Positions 52,088 through 64,000 of a stretch of 64,000 nt of DNA are shown piece by piece. The notes under the pieces were generated by a model. It did no database searches, was not told the DNA's origin, and saw only the letters and a list, made by a program, of their open reading frames with translations. The DNA is taken from assembly GCF_006345805.1 (NCBI RefSeq), contig NC_043002.1:20522001-20586000 (forward strand). Reading direction: 5' to 3'. Origin of the DNA: Octopus sinensis. Lineage: Eukaryota. The number at the start of each line of letters is the position of its first letter. The stretch's first letter is position 1. The translations under genes were made by a program, and so were the position numbers.

Positions 52088-52556
52088 TAAAAAATAAGTC
52101 ATTTGGGGTCAGAAATAAAGAGGAAAAACGTGAGATTCTTCGAGCAGGCATGTGTCTTATGCAAAATCTGTGATGAGCCCGAGTAAAGAAATCTGTGATG
52201 AACCCGAGTGACGAAATCTGGTATGGGCCCGAATGACGCTGGAGTCGCCTCTGAAACAAACTATAGTACTAGTGCCTTCCGCACCTATATTTCTACCTAG
52301 TGATAAAAGGGTATGTTGAAATAAACATATTTAGTAGTTAAATTAATCAGGTAAGAAAGAATTAGAATTTTATTAGTAATATCTCTCAACATATACATAC
52401 ATGCACACACACACATGCGCACACATATATGTTTATATGATTATATTTTTGTTTTACTAGATTCTTGATGTGAAATCGCTTGTCGAAACAGATATTACTG
52501 TATGTGGGAATGGTCATTTTGCCAATAATCATACGCACTATTTATCTGATCTTCAC

Positions 52557-52590
<34 letters not shown>

Positions 52591-52591
<1 letters not shown>

Positions 52592-53431
52592 CATTCAGTA
52601 GTTTTATTTTTTATAGCGTGCTTTCACTTCACTACCGAGCGCAGCTCTGTGTGCCTTGGGTATGTGCTGTGATTTGTTGTGATGCTCTGATGGTTATTGT
52701 ATGGAAAGTGTTCTGCGTAGGATGTGTGCAGTGCCTAGTAGTGCAATTTTCTGTATGTTATATGTGTTTTTAAGTCCTGGTGTTTTTGTTATGTATTTGT
52801 CTGAATATTTTTTTATCATGCCTAATGCACCTACTATGATAGGAATTGTTTTCTGTTTTTAGATTCCACATTCTGGTTACCTCCATTTCAGGTCTTTGTA
52901 TTTTGAAAGTTTCTTCTCCATTTCTTTTAGAGACACGTTGTCATCTGCCGGTATTGATGCATCATTAATTAGAAAGCATTTTTTTTCTTCATGATCTCTG
53001 ACAACTATATCTGGTCTGTTGGCCTTAATTTCTCTATCTGTGTGTATCGGCATATCCCAGAGTATGGTTGCTTTCTCGTTTTCTGTGACCTTTTCTGGTG
53101 TGTGCCTATACCATCTTTTTTCTGTTGTTATTCCATAATGTGGCATAGCTTCCAGTGTATGTAGGTTCCAACTCTGTCATGTCTGTGAATATATTCCTTC
53201 TTAGCCAGGACTGGTCAGCCAGAGATAATATGATTTATTGTATTGTTTCTTGTCCATCTCCACAATATTCCTGCAGTTACTTGTAATATTTCTTTTCATT
53301 ATATGTTTTTGGTAATTTTCTTGTGCTGCAATTAAAATCCCTCTGTCTCTGCTTTGAGTCCTGAGCTTCTCAACCATTGCTGGGATTTTTCTTTGTCTAT
53401 TTCTTTGTGCATTTAGTTTAGTCCAGTATCT
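52591..53431 (-). mobile_element. R4/Dong-like 3' fragment with CCHC zinc knuckle and restriction-like endonuclease
   Basis: NCR.CGDGQET..HIISG.PVLAKKEYIHRHDRVG; ILWDMPIHTDREIKANRPDIVV...IPADDNVSLKEMEK.SKYKDL; TTA arrays on both sides. Confidence 0.92.
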
Positions 53432-53457
53432 TTATTATTATTATTATTATTATTATT

Positions 53458-53493
<36 letters not shown>

Positions 53494-53494
<1 letters not shown>

Positions 53495-53982
53495 TATTTT
53501 TCCTTCTTTCTTCAAATTTTCTTCCATTTCTCGCCGAGTGTTTTCCGTACACCTAGGGCAGAGAAGTTCAGATTACACACGCAAATTCACAGGTAAAATA
53601 TGTATTTTAAAAAATGAATAAATAAATAAATTCATGAATGGATGTTGTTTTCACACCGATAATGCTCTTCTCAGTACACGAGTCGTTCCAGTTAACATGA
53701 TTTTTTTCACTTCCTGTAGGGATGGTAAGACTGGTATCATTTTCAAATAGGTTTCAGTGCCTTTTTTTTTTACTCTTTCCTAGAGATCCTACAATCACTG
53801 GTACTGTAGTCGCCTTGAGATACCACATTTTTTCAATTTCTATTAGCAAGTCTTTATATTTACTGATCTTGTAAATTCTTTCGTTTCGCCCTTTCGCCGC
53901 TATATTGTGATCGCAAGGAATACTCATGTCCAATCATAAACACAACCTCTTTTGTCTGATCTTTTATAATATCTTTGATATC
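53494..53982 (-). mobile_element. R4/Dong-like 3' fragment (another subfamily)
   Basis: LDMSIPCDHNIAAK...SKYKDLLIEIEKMWYLKATTVPVIVGSLG. Confidence 0.85.
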
Positions 53983-53989
53983 ATCATCA

Positions 53990-54020
<31 letters not shown>

Positions 54021-54621
54021 TTATTATTATTATTATTAGTTTATCTGTCAGAGTTCCTTCGTCACACATCCTGTGACCTCTTCAATGATTATCTGTTCTT
54101 CGTATCTCCTCTTCTAAGAGTAATAGAGGTCAACTGAAGATCAAACAGTGTGTGAGTTTATTGGCAAAATGACCTCCCCTAAATATAACAATATGTATAT
54201 ATATATATATATTTATGTGTGTAGGTGTGTGTATACGTAAGTGTATATATGTATATAAATGTATACATACATACATACATACATACATACATACATACAT
54301 ACATACATACATAAATACGCACATACACACATACGCACACACACATATACAAATATACAACGAATAGAGGAAGACAGGTTGAATCAATGAGAATCCCAAA
54401 GGAAAAATATTAGGAAAGATGGTATTCATTAAATTGAATATTCCATTACGGATAATTATATTCCAAATTAAGCTATGATAGATCAGGTAAAGCGATTAAA
54501 AAATGTAAGATATGAAATAAAATTCTAAATTAAATCCAAGAATTTAATTATCTACCTGATATGTGTCATTTTATTAGATGATCTAGTATGTCATAAGTAA
54601 GTTAATCCTTAGAAAAATATA

Positions 54622-55197
54622 GGGCGGCGAGCTGGCAGACACGTTAGCACGCAGGGCGAAATGCTTAGCGGTATTTCGTCTGTCGCTACGTTCTGAGTTC
54701 AAATTCTGCCAAGGTCGACTTTGCCTTTCATCCCTTCGGGGTCGATTAATCGACTTACGCACTGAGGTCGACATAATCGAGTTAATCCATTTGTCTGCCC
54801 TTGTTTGTCTCCTCTGTGTTTAGCCCCTTGTGGGTAGTAAAGAAATAGGTATTTCGTCTGCCGCTACGTTCTGAGTTCAAATTCCGCCGAGGTCGACTTT
54901 GCCTTTCATCCTTTCGGGGTCGATTAAATAAGTACCAGTTACGCACTGGGGTCGAGGTAATCGACTTAATCTGTTTGTCTGTCCTTGTTTGCCCTCTCTG
55001 TGTTTAGCCCCTTGTGGATAGTAAAGAAATAGGTGTTTCGTCTGTCGCTACGTTCTGAGCTCAAATTCCGCCGAGGTCGACTTTGCATTTCATCCTTTCG
55101 GGATTGATAAATTAAGTACCGGTTGCGTACAGGATTCGATCTAATCGATTGGCTCCCTCCTCCAAAATTTCAGGCCTTGTGCCTAGAGTAGAAAAGA
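54622..55197 (+). mobile_element. SINE family B, tandem trimer
   Basis: Three ~180-bp modules TTTCGTCTG.CGCTACGTTCTGAG...GCCCCTTGTGG.TAGTAAAGAAATAGG. Confidence 0.92.
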
Positions 55198-55204
55198 ATC
55201 CTTC

Positions 55205-55623
55205 GAAAAATATCTACTATATTATAAAAGTCTTCAAGCCATGAAGTCGTTGTTCTAAAAGAACGTTGGTCTCCTTGACAACGCTTTACGACGTTGATTT
55301 CCTTACACTCCCTTCCCCACAGCTTCACGAGGGAGGGAAGAAGGGGGAGAAGCAAACAGGTGCAGGTGTGACCATGGACGCCAACTCCGCCGCCATCGAC
55401 ACACGAAAAATTATGCATTAAAATGGAATAAAAAATGATGTTAAATTATTTTTAAAATCGTAGACTCATCGTAGACGCGCGCTAATACTCAGACGGGCTC
55501 GATATGAATCACGACTATAAGATACCTGAATTTGGTTAAACTGCACCGCAAAATGTGGGAGTAGTTAGGAATCTAAATCGAAGGGGACAGACACTCACAC
55601 AACTACAGTTTTATATATATAGA
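55205..55623 (-). mobile_element. Helitron-like 5' fragment
   Basis: Minus strand starts A|TCTATATATATAAAACTGTAGTTGTGTGAGTGTCTGTC. Confidence 0.55.
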
Positions 55624-55702
55624 TATTAGATTTGAAAATAGCGATATGTAACATTTCCTCAAGGCCCAAGTTTTTTCGTCGACAGAATGATTTGTCTCAG
55701 AG

Positions 55703-56456
55703 AGGGCCGGATCAAGACCCATCGAGGCCCTAAGCACTTAAAAGATTTTGGTGCCCCCATAAAAGATTATGTAATTCACAATATAAACAGTAACAAATCA
55801 TAAAATAATTTTTTTTTTTCAAAACGAAGCAAAACAGTAAGAGGGAAAATTATTTTTATTTTTGTATACTTCCACGCTATTACCTCCGCCTGTTTTCAGT
55901 CGTGTTTGTTTGTTTGTTTGTATGTGGACAAGATATCTCAAGAACCACTGGATGAATTCGGATGAAACTTTCAGGGATGTTCGGCCCCATGACTAGCACG
56001 AACTGATTAGATTTTGGGATAAATCCGGTACCGGACAAGGATTCTGGATTATTTTTCCGGGTTTTTACTTAATATTTGAGAGCGGTCGGGTTCATTTTTA
56101 GTATTCTCGTTTGTGAGAGCAGTTGAGTTTATTTCATATATTCTCATTTTAAGAATAATCTCCGGTTAATCGTTGAGAGGACGGTGGTGTTGCTTTGGTG
56201 GAGGTTTGCGCTGTCTGAGTGCTCTTGTTTATATTTGAAAAGTTTCCTCCTACTTTTTTGAATTAATCTTAGGTAACACATCTGCATCTATACTTAGCAG
56301 AGAGAGATGAAGGCATCCCGAATATTATTTTAGCAAGTTTAAAATGATTTCTTTTGTGCCGTAGACCATTTACCATTTACCATGCCGTAAATCATTTACT
56401 CCTCCTTCCTTTGATACTCTAAGCGCGTGCTTATTTTGCATAATGGTTAAGCGCTG
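55703..56456 (+). mobile_element. hAT-like non-autonomous element interrupted by a Helentron-like insert
   Basis: Starts AGGGCCGGATC; colinear with the uninterrupted copy at 58015-58425. Confidence 0.6.
55879..56229 (+). mobile_element. Helentron/DINE-like non-autonomous element
   Basis: Subterminal IR ACCTCCGCC / GGTGGAGGT, (GTTT)n tract, 3' hairpin GCGCTGTCTGAGTGC. Confidence 0.7.
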
Positions 56457-56983
56457 ATTTCAGACCTCCAGTACAAACGGTTCCATGCTATACTTTTCCG
56501 ATTAGCCATGTCTGACGAGTGTTCTTCCGTTCTAGGGAGAATGTTTATGTACGAACCGCTCGTAACACTAATTGACTGTTATGAGGTTATGAGGATAAAT
56601 GTATAATATTGTATAAAAATATGCTAAAGCTTCGGTCGACCCTAGGTTATAATAGAACACACTTGCCCAAGGTGTCATGCTATGGGATTGAACCCAGAAC
56701 CATGTATTTGGGAAGCAGCTTATTACCACACAGCCACGCTCATGAAGAAGGTAAACAAGAAAAACACAAAATAACTTGAAAAAAAAAGAAGGAATATGAT
56801 CTTTGACGTTTCGGATATTAGAGTTCTTCACCACACACACAAAAAAAAGAGAAATAAAGAAGGATGGTTGTAAGGAGGGAAGAATGAAGAAAAAATCCGT
56901 TAGGTGCCAAGTGGGAATGTAGTTCTAGAGGAGGAGTTAAGTATATATACACACACACATGTATATATATATATATTTATATG

Positions 56984-57032
<49 letters not shown>

Positions 57033-58014
57033 GTAAAGACATACGTACATTTATATATCTGTGTAGAAATCTGTATGCTTACTTCCTTACACACTCTTTC
57101 TCTGTTAATTGATATTCTGCTACAGACATCTCCTCTACCATCCTCTCTTCTCTCCCCAACACCTGAACTTCAGTCTTGTGATCTTATTTATCTACTTAAA
57201 ATCATTTAATTCTAAAGCCGAACTTTGCTTTCACCAAGCAAATAAAAAAAAAATCTCACCTCTGTATCTATAAAAGAATTCTTCATGCACCAATGAACAT
57301 TACTTTCCCAAGACAAAAAAAAAAACAAGAAAAAAAAACAAGTCAACATAACATTAACAACGCCCATTCACTCACAACTCCAAAACTGACATTTTAACCT
57401 CTCTAACGCCGTTCTATTTATACATTATTTTAATCACAAAACCAGACACGCAACTTTACACCCCTCATCCATCTGCCAGCCAGCCCAAGCCCACACATCG
57501 TCATACTAAAAATACAGTTACAAATAAACATAGAAACAAACACCTTAACAAATAAACAAGTAGATTGTAACTATAGATCACACCTCGTACCTCAATCTTC
57601 AGAGCCGAATAAATACAACTTCCATTTAACTCTATAGCAAACGGATTCCCATCGGGATGACCATTCTAGTAGTTCTGGTTATCATGGAATATTAAATTCT
57701 TTAAAGTAAAGACTATTAGCCAACATAATGTGGCTGTCCTGAAAGGGACGATTGTTACTGTTGTTTAGCCCCAGGAAACATCGTTTCCAGTTGGCTATAC
57801 GACACAATATCTGTGTCCTTATATTTTCGAAAAGGGTGTCCATCACACCAAGCAGGACAAAGCAACACCCGTTGACCGGTTTCTGTGTTATTGCCCTTTA
57901 TCAACATAGCTGCTGATTTGAATTTTTCAATATCCATAATAAAATTATTAGTTTTAAAATTTATTGTATTGTCTTTCTTCAAGGCAGACGTACTTAGTAT
58001 AATATGCATATACT

Positions 58015-58425
58015 GAAGGCCGATTAAAACCCATTCAAGCCCGAAGCACTTGAAAGTTTTTGCTGTTCCCATATGTATGTAATTCAAAATATAAACAATA
58101 ATGAATCATAAAATAAATTTAAATCTTTCAAAATGACACAAAACTAACCTTGAAATTTATTTTTTTAATACTTCTACTTCATATTTATAATTATATTTGA
58201 AAAGTTTTCTCCTACCTATTTATTTCATTGCAAAGTCTTGGGTCAGATTCTATTTCACCATGAACCCTTCGAAATTATATTTCCCATCATATAAACCACT
58301 TGGAATATTATTTTAGCAAATTTAAAGTGATTTCTTTTGTGCCGTAAATCATTTACCATTTCTGTGGTGCCGCCTTCCCTTGCCCTAAGTTTGTGCTTAT
58401 TTTGTTTAGTGGTCAATCCAGTGCT
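58015..58425 (+). mobile_element. hAT-like non-autonomous element, uninterrupted copy
   Basis: Shares AAGCACTT.AAAG.TTTTG, AATATTATTTTAGCAA.TTTAAA.TGATTTCTTTTGTGCCGTA with the 55703 copy. Confidence 0.6.
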
Positions 58426-58892
58426 GCTCACACTAATGAGGTGGACGTATCCTATGCTAACAAAATTTTAAGTTGAGTGGAGCTGAACCAAACTCCAACC
58501 ACGTGTTGAGTGCTACTTTTTTTCATTTGATCACTTTTGTGTGTGTGAGTGTATGTGTATGTGAGCGAGTGAGTGAGTGAGTGAGTGTGTGTGTGTGTGT
58601 GTGCATACGTATATACATACAAATGCAATAGTGGAGAGCGACCCAAAAAGGTATTTGTGCAGGCTGTTGATTCGCATCAAGCATATACACGTCTTGTATA
58701 GATGACATGAAGAGCCTGATACTCGATCAGCAAAGTACATTATTCACACTAGGTTATACGTTTCGTTTCATATTGAATTTGATGGAGATTTCGATGACTG
58801 CAGCTATACAACTCACAGTTTGACAACGAAAAGGGTTAATTATGTGGACAGGTGTAAGGAATGGAAAAGGTTTTCCAAGGAAAGCTGAACAT

Positions 58893-59297
58893 AGGCGCAG
58901 GCGTGGCTGTGTGGTAAGAAGCTTGCTTTCCAATATTATGGTCTCGGGTTCAGTTCCACTGCGTGGGAAACTTGGGAAAGTGCCCGCTACTATGGCCCTG
59001 AACCGACCAAAGCCTTGTGTGTAGATTTCATTAGTGGAATCTGAAAGAAGTCTGTCGTTGCTATACAATGGCACTAGGATAAATACAAACACACACACAC
59101 TCATACATACATACATACATACATACATACATACATACATACATACATACATACATACACGACGCTCGCTTTGCTATCACGTGGTTTTGGGGTCAGTACT
59201 ACTGCACAGCATCTTGGGCAAGTGTCTTCTACTATAACTCTGGGCCGGCTAATGTCTTGTGAGTGAATTTGGCTGACGGAAACTGTGTGGAATCCAG

Positions 59298-59336
<39 letters not shown>

Positions 59337-59655
59337 TGTATGACCCCACACACCACCGCTTGACAACCGTTGTTGGTTTGTTTATGTCCCCGCAAATTAG
59401 CTGCTCGGCAAAAGTGATCGATAGAAAAAGTACCAAACTTGAAAAAATAAATACTGGGGTCTATTCGACTAATTTCCTCAAGGCAGTGCACCAGCATGGC
59501 CACTGTTTAATGACTGAAATAAAAATCAATAAAATACTTGATGGAAATAAGTTGTGGATTAGATATGACCAACTAAAAACCCTTAAAGGTGGTGCCCCAG
59601 CATGGCCTCAGTTCAGTAACTGGAACCAGTAAAAGAATATAAAGATTAAAAGAAT
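58893..59655 (+). mobile_element. Cluster of diverged SINE family A copies
   Basis: Heads at ~58893 and ~59165, tails at ~59480 and ~59590. Confidence 0.8.
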
Positions 59656-59676
59656 ACAGAAATATATACATACGGT

Positions 59677-60575
59677 ATGGTGGTGTAATGTCAGACGGTG
59701 GTGGGAAAGTCTTACGGTGGTGGGAATGTCTTACGGTGGTGGGAATGTCTGACGGTGGTGGGAATGTCTGACGGTAGTGGGAATGTTTTATGGTGTTGAG
59801 AATGTCTTACGGTGGTGGGAATGTCTGACAGCGATGGGAATGTCTTACGGTGGTGGGAATGTCTTACGGTGGTGGGAATGTCTGACGGTGCTGGGAATGT
59901 TTTATGGTGTTGAGAATGTCTTACGGTGGTGGGAATGTCTTACAGTGGTAGTAATGTCAGACGGTGGTGGGAATGTCTGACGGCGATGGGAATGTCTTAC
60001 GGTGGTGGGAATGTCTGACGGTGGTGGGAATGTCTGACGGTAGTGGGAATGTTTTATGGTGTTGAGAATGTCTTACGGTGGTGGGAATGTCTTACAGTGG
60101 TAGTAATGTCAGACGGTGGTGGGAATGTCTGACGGCGATGGGAATGTCTTACGGTGGTGGGAATGTCTTACGGTGGTGGGAATGTCTGACGGTGGTGGGA
60201 ATGTCTGACGGTAGTGGGAATGTTTTATGGTGTTGAGAATGTCTTACGGTGGTGGGAATGTCTTACAGTGGTAGTAATGTCAGACGGTGGTGGGAATGTC
60301 TGACGGCGATGGGAATGTCTTACGGTGGTGGGAATGTCTTACGGTGGTGGGAATGTCTGACGGTGGTGGGAATGTCTTACGGTGGTGGGAATGTCTTACG
60401 GTGGTGAGAATGTCTTACGGTGGTGGGAATGTCTGACGGTGGTGGGAATATCTGACGTTGCTGGGAATGTTTTACGGTGGTGGGAATGTCTTACGGTGGT
60501 GGGAATGGCTAACGGTGGTGGGAATATCTGATGCTAGTGGGAATGTCTGATAGTGGTGGGAATGTCTGGTGGTGG
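59677..60575. repeat. 19-bp minisatellite, ~47 units, consensus GGTGGTGGGAATGTCT(T/G)AC, with higher-order structure
   Basis: Direct reading; variant unit GGTGTTGAGA recurs at 59792, 59906, 60058, 60229. Confidence 0.97.
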
Positions 60576-60808
60576 TAGCGAGAAATGCCTCCCCACATAG
60601 ATACTGAAAAGCCCGTATATCCACACATATGTACACACACGCCTGCACGCGCAAACACAATGTCATACATCTATACACAAACACGCACACATACTTACAC
60701 ACACATGCATACTCATAGAACATTCATATATACCTATATACATGCATGCATGCCTATATATATTTGTATCTATGTATGTGTATATATGCCTCTATATATG
60801 CATATTTG

Positions 60809-60950
60809 CACTAGCGTAACTATAGTGTGTGTCACTCCAGGACCCCAAAAGTAACACATATTGCTTACAGGAGACCCAAAAGTGCCGCCCATTTAAAAGT
60901 GCCACCCGGGGTGGACCACCCCTACCACCGCGCCCCTAGCTACGCCAGTG
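60809..60950. mobile_element. hAT-type MITE (142 bp)
   Basis: TIR CACTAGCGTAACTA / TAGCTACGCCAGTG; 8-bp TSD CATATTTG / CATGTTTG. Confidence 0.85.
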
Positions 60951-61180
60951 CATGTTTGTGAACATATGTATGATATATATATATACACACACACACACAT
61001 ACATTTATATATACATATATGTATGTATATATATATGTGTGTGCGTGTGTGTGTGTGTGTATGCATATATATACATATATGTTTACATATGTATATGTAC
61101 GCAAGTCAATATATATGAATATGCATGCATATGTGAATATGTATATATGTGCATGTGCGAAAGTGTTACATACATATATG

Positions 61181-61216
<36 letters not shown>

Positions 61217-61684
61217 AAGAGAAAGAGTTTGGTGATTGTAGTCGTTGTACTTAACACGAATGTTTAGACAGGTGAAGACACAAACACACACATATATACA
61301 CACATAGTTACACACATAAACATATACACACATAACAAGCAACAAGGAAAATAAGCAACTGATAGAGAGGGGGGTGACGGAGAAAGTCGAACAGGCCTGG
61401 TAGTATTTGTGGTGGTGGTGGTGGTGGTGGGTGGGGGGCCTCAAACGAGACAATAAGAAGAATGGAGTAAATAGTAAGTTGGAGGTAATGTGTAAGTAAG
61501 AAGGTGACAGACGGGACAAATAACTGAACGAAACAGAAAATGGAGAAGAAGAGAGAGAGAGAGAGAGAGAGGAGAGAGGGGGGAAGAATAGATGAATGAA
61601 GGAATGTTCTCTCGGAATGAAGGAATATTATACGTGTATCTTGTGTCCAGTTTGGGAGAAAGAGTAAAACGTGGAGATAAAAAA

Positions 61685-62057
61685 TGAGAGTGGATTTGGT
61701 AGACGGATGCTGAAAAGAAGCTCACCGTGTGTGAGTGTGTGAGTGTGAGTGTGTGTGCGTGCATAAGTGAGTGTGTTGTATGTGTGTGTTGCGTGTGTGT
61801 GGTGTGTGTGTGTGAGTGTGTGAGTGAGTGTGTTGTGTGTGTGTGCGTGAGTGCGTCCGTGTGTGAGTGAGTGTGTTGTATGTGTGTGTGTGTGTGTGCG
61901 TAAGTGTGTGAGTGAGTGTGTTGTGTGAGTGTGTGAGTGAATGTGTTGTGTGTGTGAGATTGTGTTGTGTGTGTGTGTGTGTGTGTGTGTGTGAGTGTGT
62001 GAGTGAGTGTGTGTGCACCACCGAGGCTGCAGTCTAATGACTGAAACAGATAAAAAG
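61685..62057 (+). mobile_element. SINE family A fragment with ~290-bp expanded GT/GA microsatellite
   Basis: GAGTGGATTTGGTAGACGG...microsatellite...GGCTGCAGTCTAATGACTGAAACAGATAAAAAGA. Confidence 0.75.
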
Positions 62058-62058
62058 A

Positions 62059-62124
<66 letters not shown>

Positions 62125-62125
62125 G

Positions 62126-62204
<79 letters not shown>

Positions 62205-62880
62205 ACATATATACGAGATACCTCGAAGTAGTGTTAGCGTGACAAGAGACTTGATACTTGATCTCAGACCGAAGCAGTTATGTCAGGTAAATGCCATTCT
62301 GGACATCTGTAAAAACACGCAAGAACGGTTCAATCCACTTTCCATTCAGTTCTTAAGCTGTCAAAACTGTCGTAGCAGCACTGCGTCCAGGTCACTGACA
62401 CCGTTCTTTGGCAGATATTATACTGCATTAAGTTGCATTACATTATATTATATCGCATTGTGATTCTGCTGCAGCTCTGCATTACTCGAACTATTAAAAA
62501 CTACACTGGGTGGGGCTAAGGTACTGCAAAATTCATCATCACGTCGCCACTTCTGGCAAACATACATTTGACACCAAGTTAACATCTGGTATCGGCGACG
62601 GGAAATAGCTTGTGCATGTAGGTGCACCAAAGTAAACAATGAACACTAGAAATTGCATACCACCAACTATGTTGCATGTTTCTGCTATTGCATTTCAGTA
62701 TTGTTTTATTTTTCCTTTTGTTTCTTTTGTTTTTTTTTTTGATATTTTATATTTTGGTTTGGTTCTCTGCTCTTCTTCTCTTATCAGCTCATAGCGCTCA
62801 TAATACCATTCCACTATTCTACTATATATCCTGTTCATATATATCGCAGTTCCAGCCCGATATGTAAAGTTATGTATATG

Positions 62881-62961
<81 letters not shown>

Positions 62962-63094
62962 CATATATATGAAAAACTTGGAAATGGATGCGTGGCGTTC
63001 AATCAAACTATACTATTATACACACACACACACAATATATATATATTATATATATGCATATATAACACATATGTACATACATACATACATATAC

Positions 63095-63156
<62 letters not shown>

Positions 63157-63158
63157 AT

Positions 63159-63196
<38 letters not shown>

Positions 63197-63658
63197 AGCA
63201 TGCATCTATGGGTACAGGACGTCACAAAACGTAAACAACATGAAATACGAAAATAACGTTGGGTACGCAAAGAACGAAAGAAACAAAAGGAAACAAGACA
63301 AGTAACATAAAACACGATCCTTCATCAGTTGTCGGCTGTCCTTCTACTCCTTATTTCGAGCAATGAATGACAATATAAGACTTTGAAGGCAGTGCTCCCG
63401 CGAACCAAAATAAAATTTTGAATTTGCAGAGGGTCAAATTACGATTTTCAAGTGAGAACTTGATGTTATTAAACAATTTGGTGGCATCTATTCGTTTGTC
63501 TAATACCTCTGTCTGTTGGTTGATTTTGAATTTTGCATTTTATGGAATGATTTATTTATGGATGAGAGGGTGTGATTGAAAGTTATCTATCAATCTTGTT
63601 AACACTGTTCTTTTGTTAAGTTTGTTGTAGTATATATTTTTCACCACTTGATAACACT

Positions 63659-63701
63659 TCTCGCCTGAAGATCGCAATGGAGTGAAACTCGCGTCGCGAG
63701 A
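63659..63701 (+). ncRNA. Type I minimal hammerhead ribozyme motif (Penelope-associated type)
   Basis: TCTCGC-CTGAAGA-TCGCAATGGAGT-GAAAC-TCGC-GTC-GCGAGA: perfect 6-bp stem I, CUGANGA/GAAA core, GUC triplet; stem II weak. Confidence 0.65.
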
Positions 63702-64000
63702 TAAAAATTCTGCTTCAGTAAGCCATATTCACTACAAAATGTTTTGCTCACTTCTCTCATTTGTTTCACGTAATTCACCGTTCGTGTATACACAAATATA
63801 TACATAGGTACACATGCGCCTCTCTATATATGTATATACACTCACTATACTTTGACTTATTCACTTTGGAGTCATTGGAGTGTAGTCATGTCTTGGGTAT
63901 TTCAAATTTGATAGCCCTCATCTTAGTCATATGACTTTTGTTTGAAGAAGAATCGTGTCAAGTATTGTGAACCATAATACTCAGAGTATTTATTAGCAAG

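Noticed and set aside
59677-60575. CRISPR-like or telomere-like array
   Set aside because: Contiguous tandem units without unique spacers, eukaryotic context, not TTAGGG

Overview
AT-rich, repeat-saturated animal genomic DNA, most likely an octopus (inferred from the tRNA-derived SINE set and microsatellite load; not database-verified). No protein-coding gene can be confidently called, and almost all supplied ORFs are microsatellite or SINE translations. The window holds dozens of SINE copies (window-local families A-D); degenerate CR1-like, R4/Dong-like, Penelope-like and RTE-like retroelement remnants; maT/Tc1-mariner remnants; pogo-, piggyBac- and hAT-type MITEs; non-autonomous Helitrons and a Helentron-like element; and a 19-bp minisatellite. 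Most notable: (1) nests of R4/Dong-type elements plus a fixed-length ~540-bp non-coding element, all inserted strand-specifically in (TAA)n; (2) an antisense 18S rRNA fragment joined to the 5' end of a SINE-like element; (3) a CpG-decay boundary near 26 kb suggesting the left part is a methylated gene body, with candidate minus-strand exons; (4) a ~300-codon poly-Asp candidate exon broken by one base; (5) a near-canonical minimal hammerhead ribozyme at 63659-63701. Repeat boundaries were read by eye and are approximate unless a TSD or TIR is quoted.
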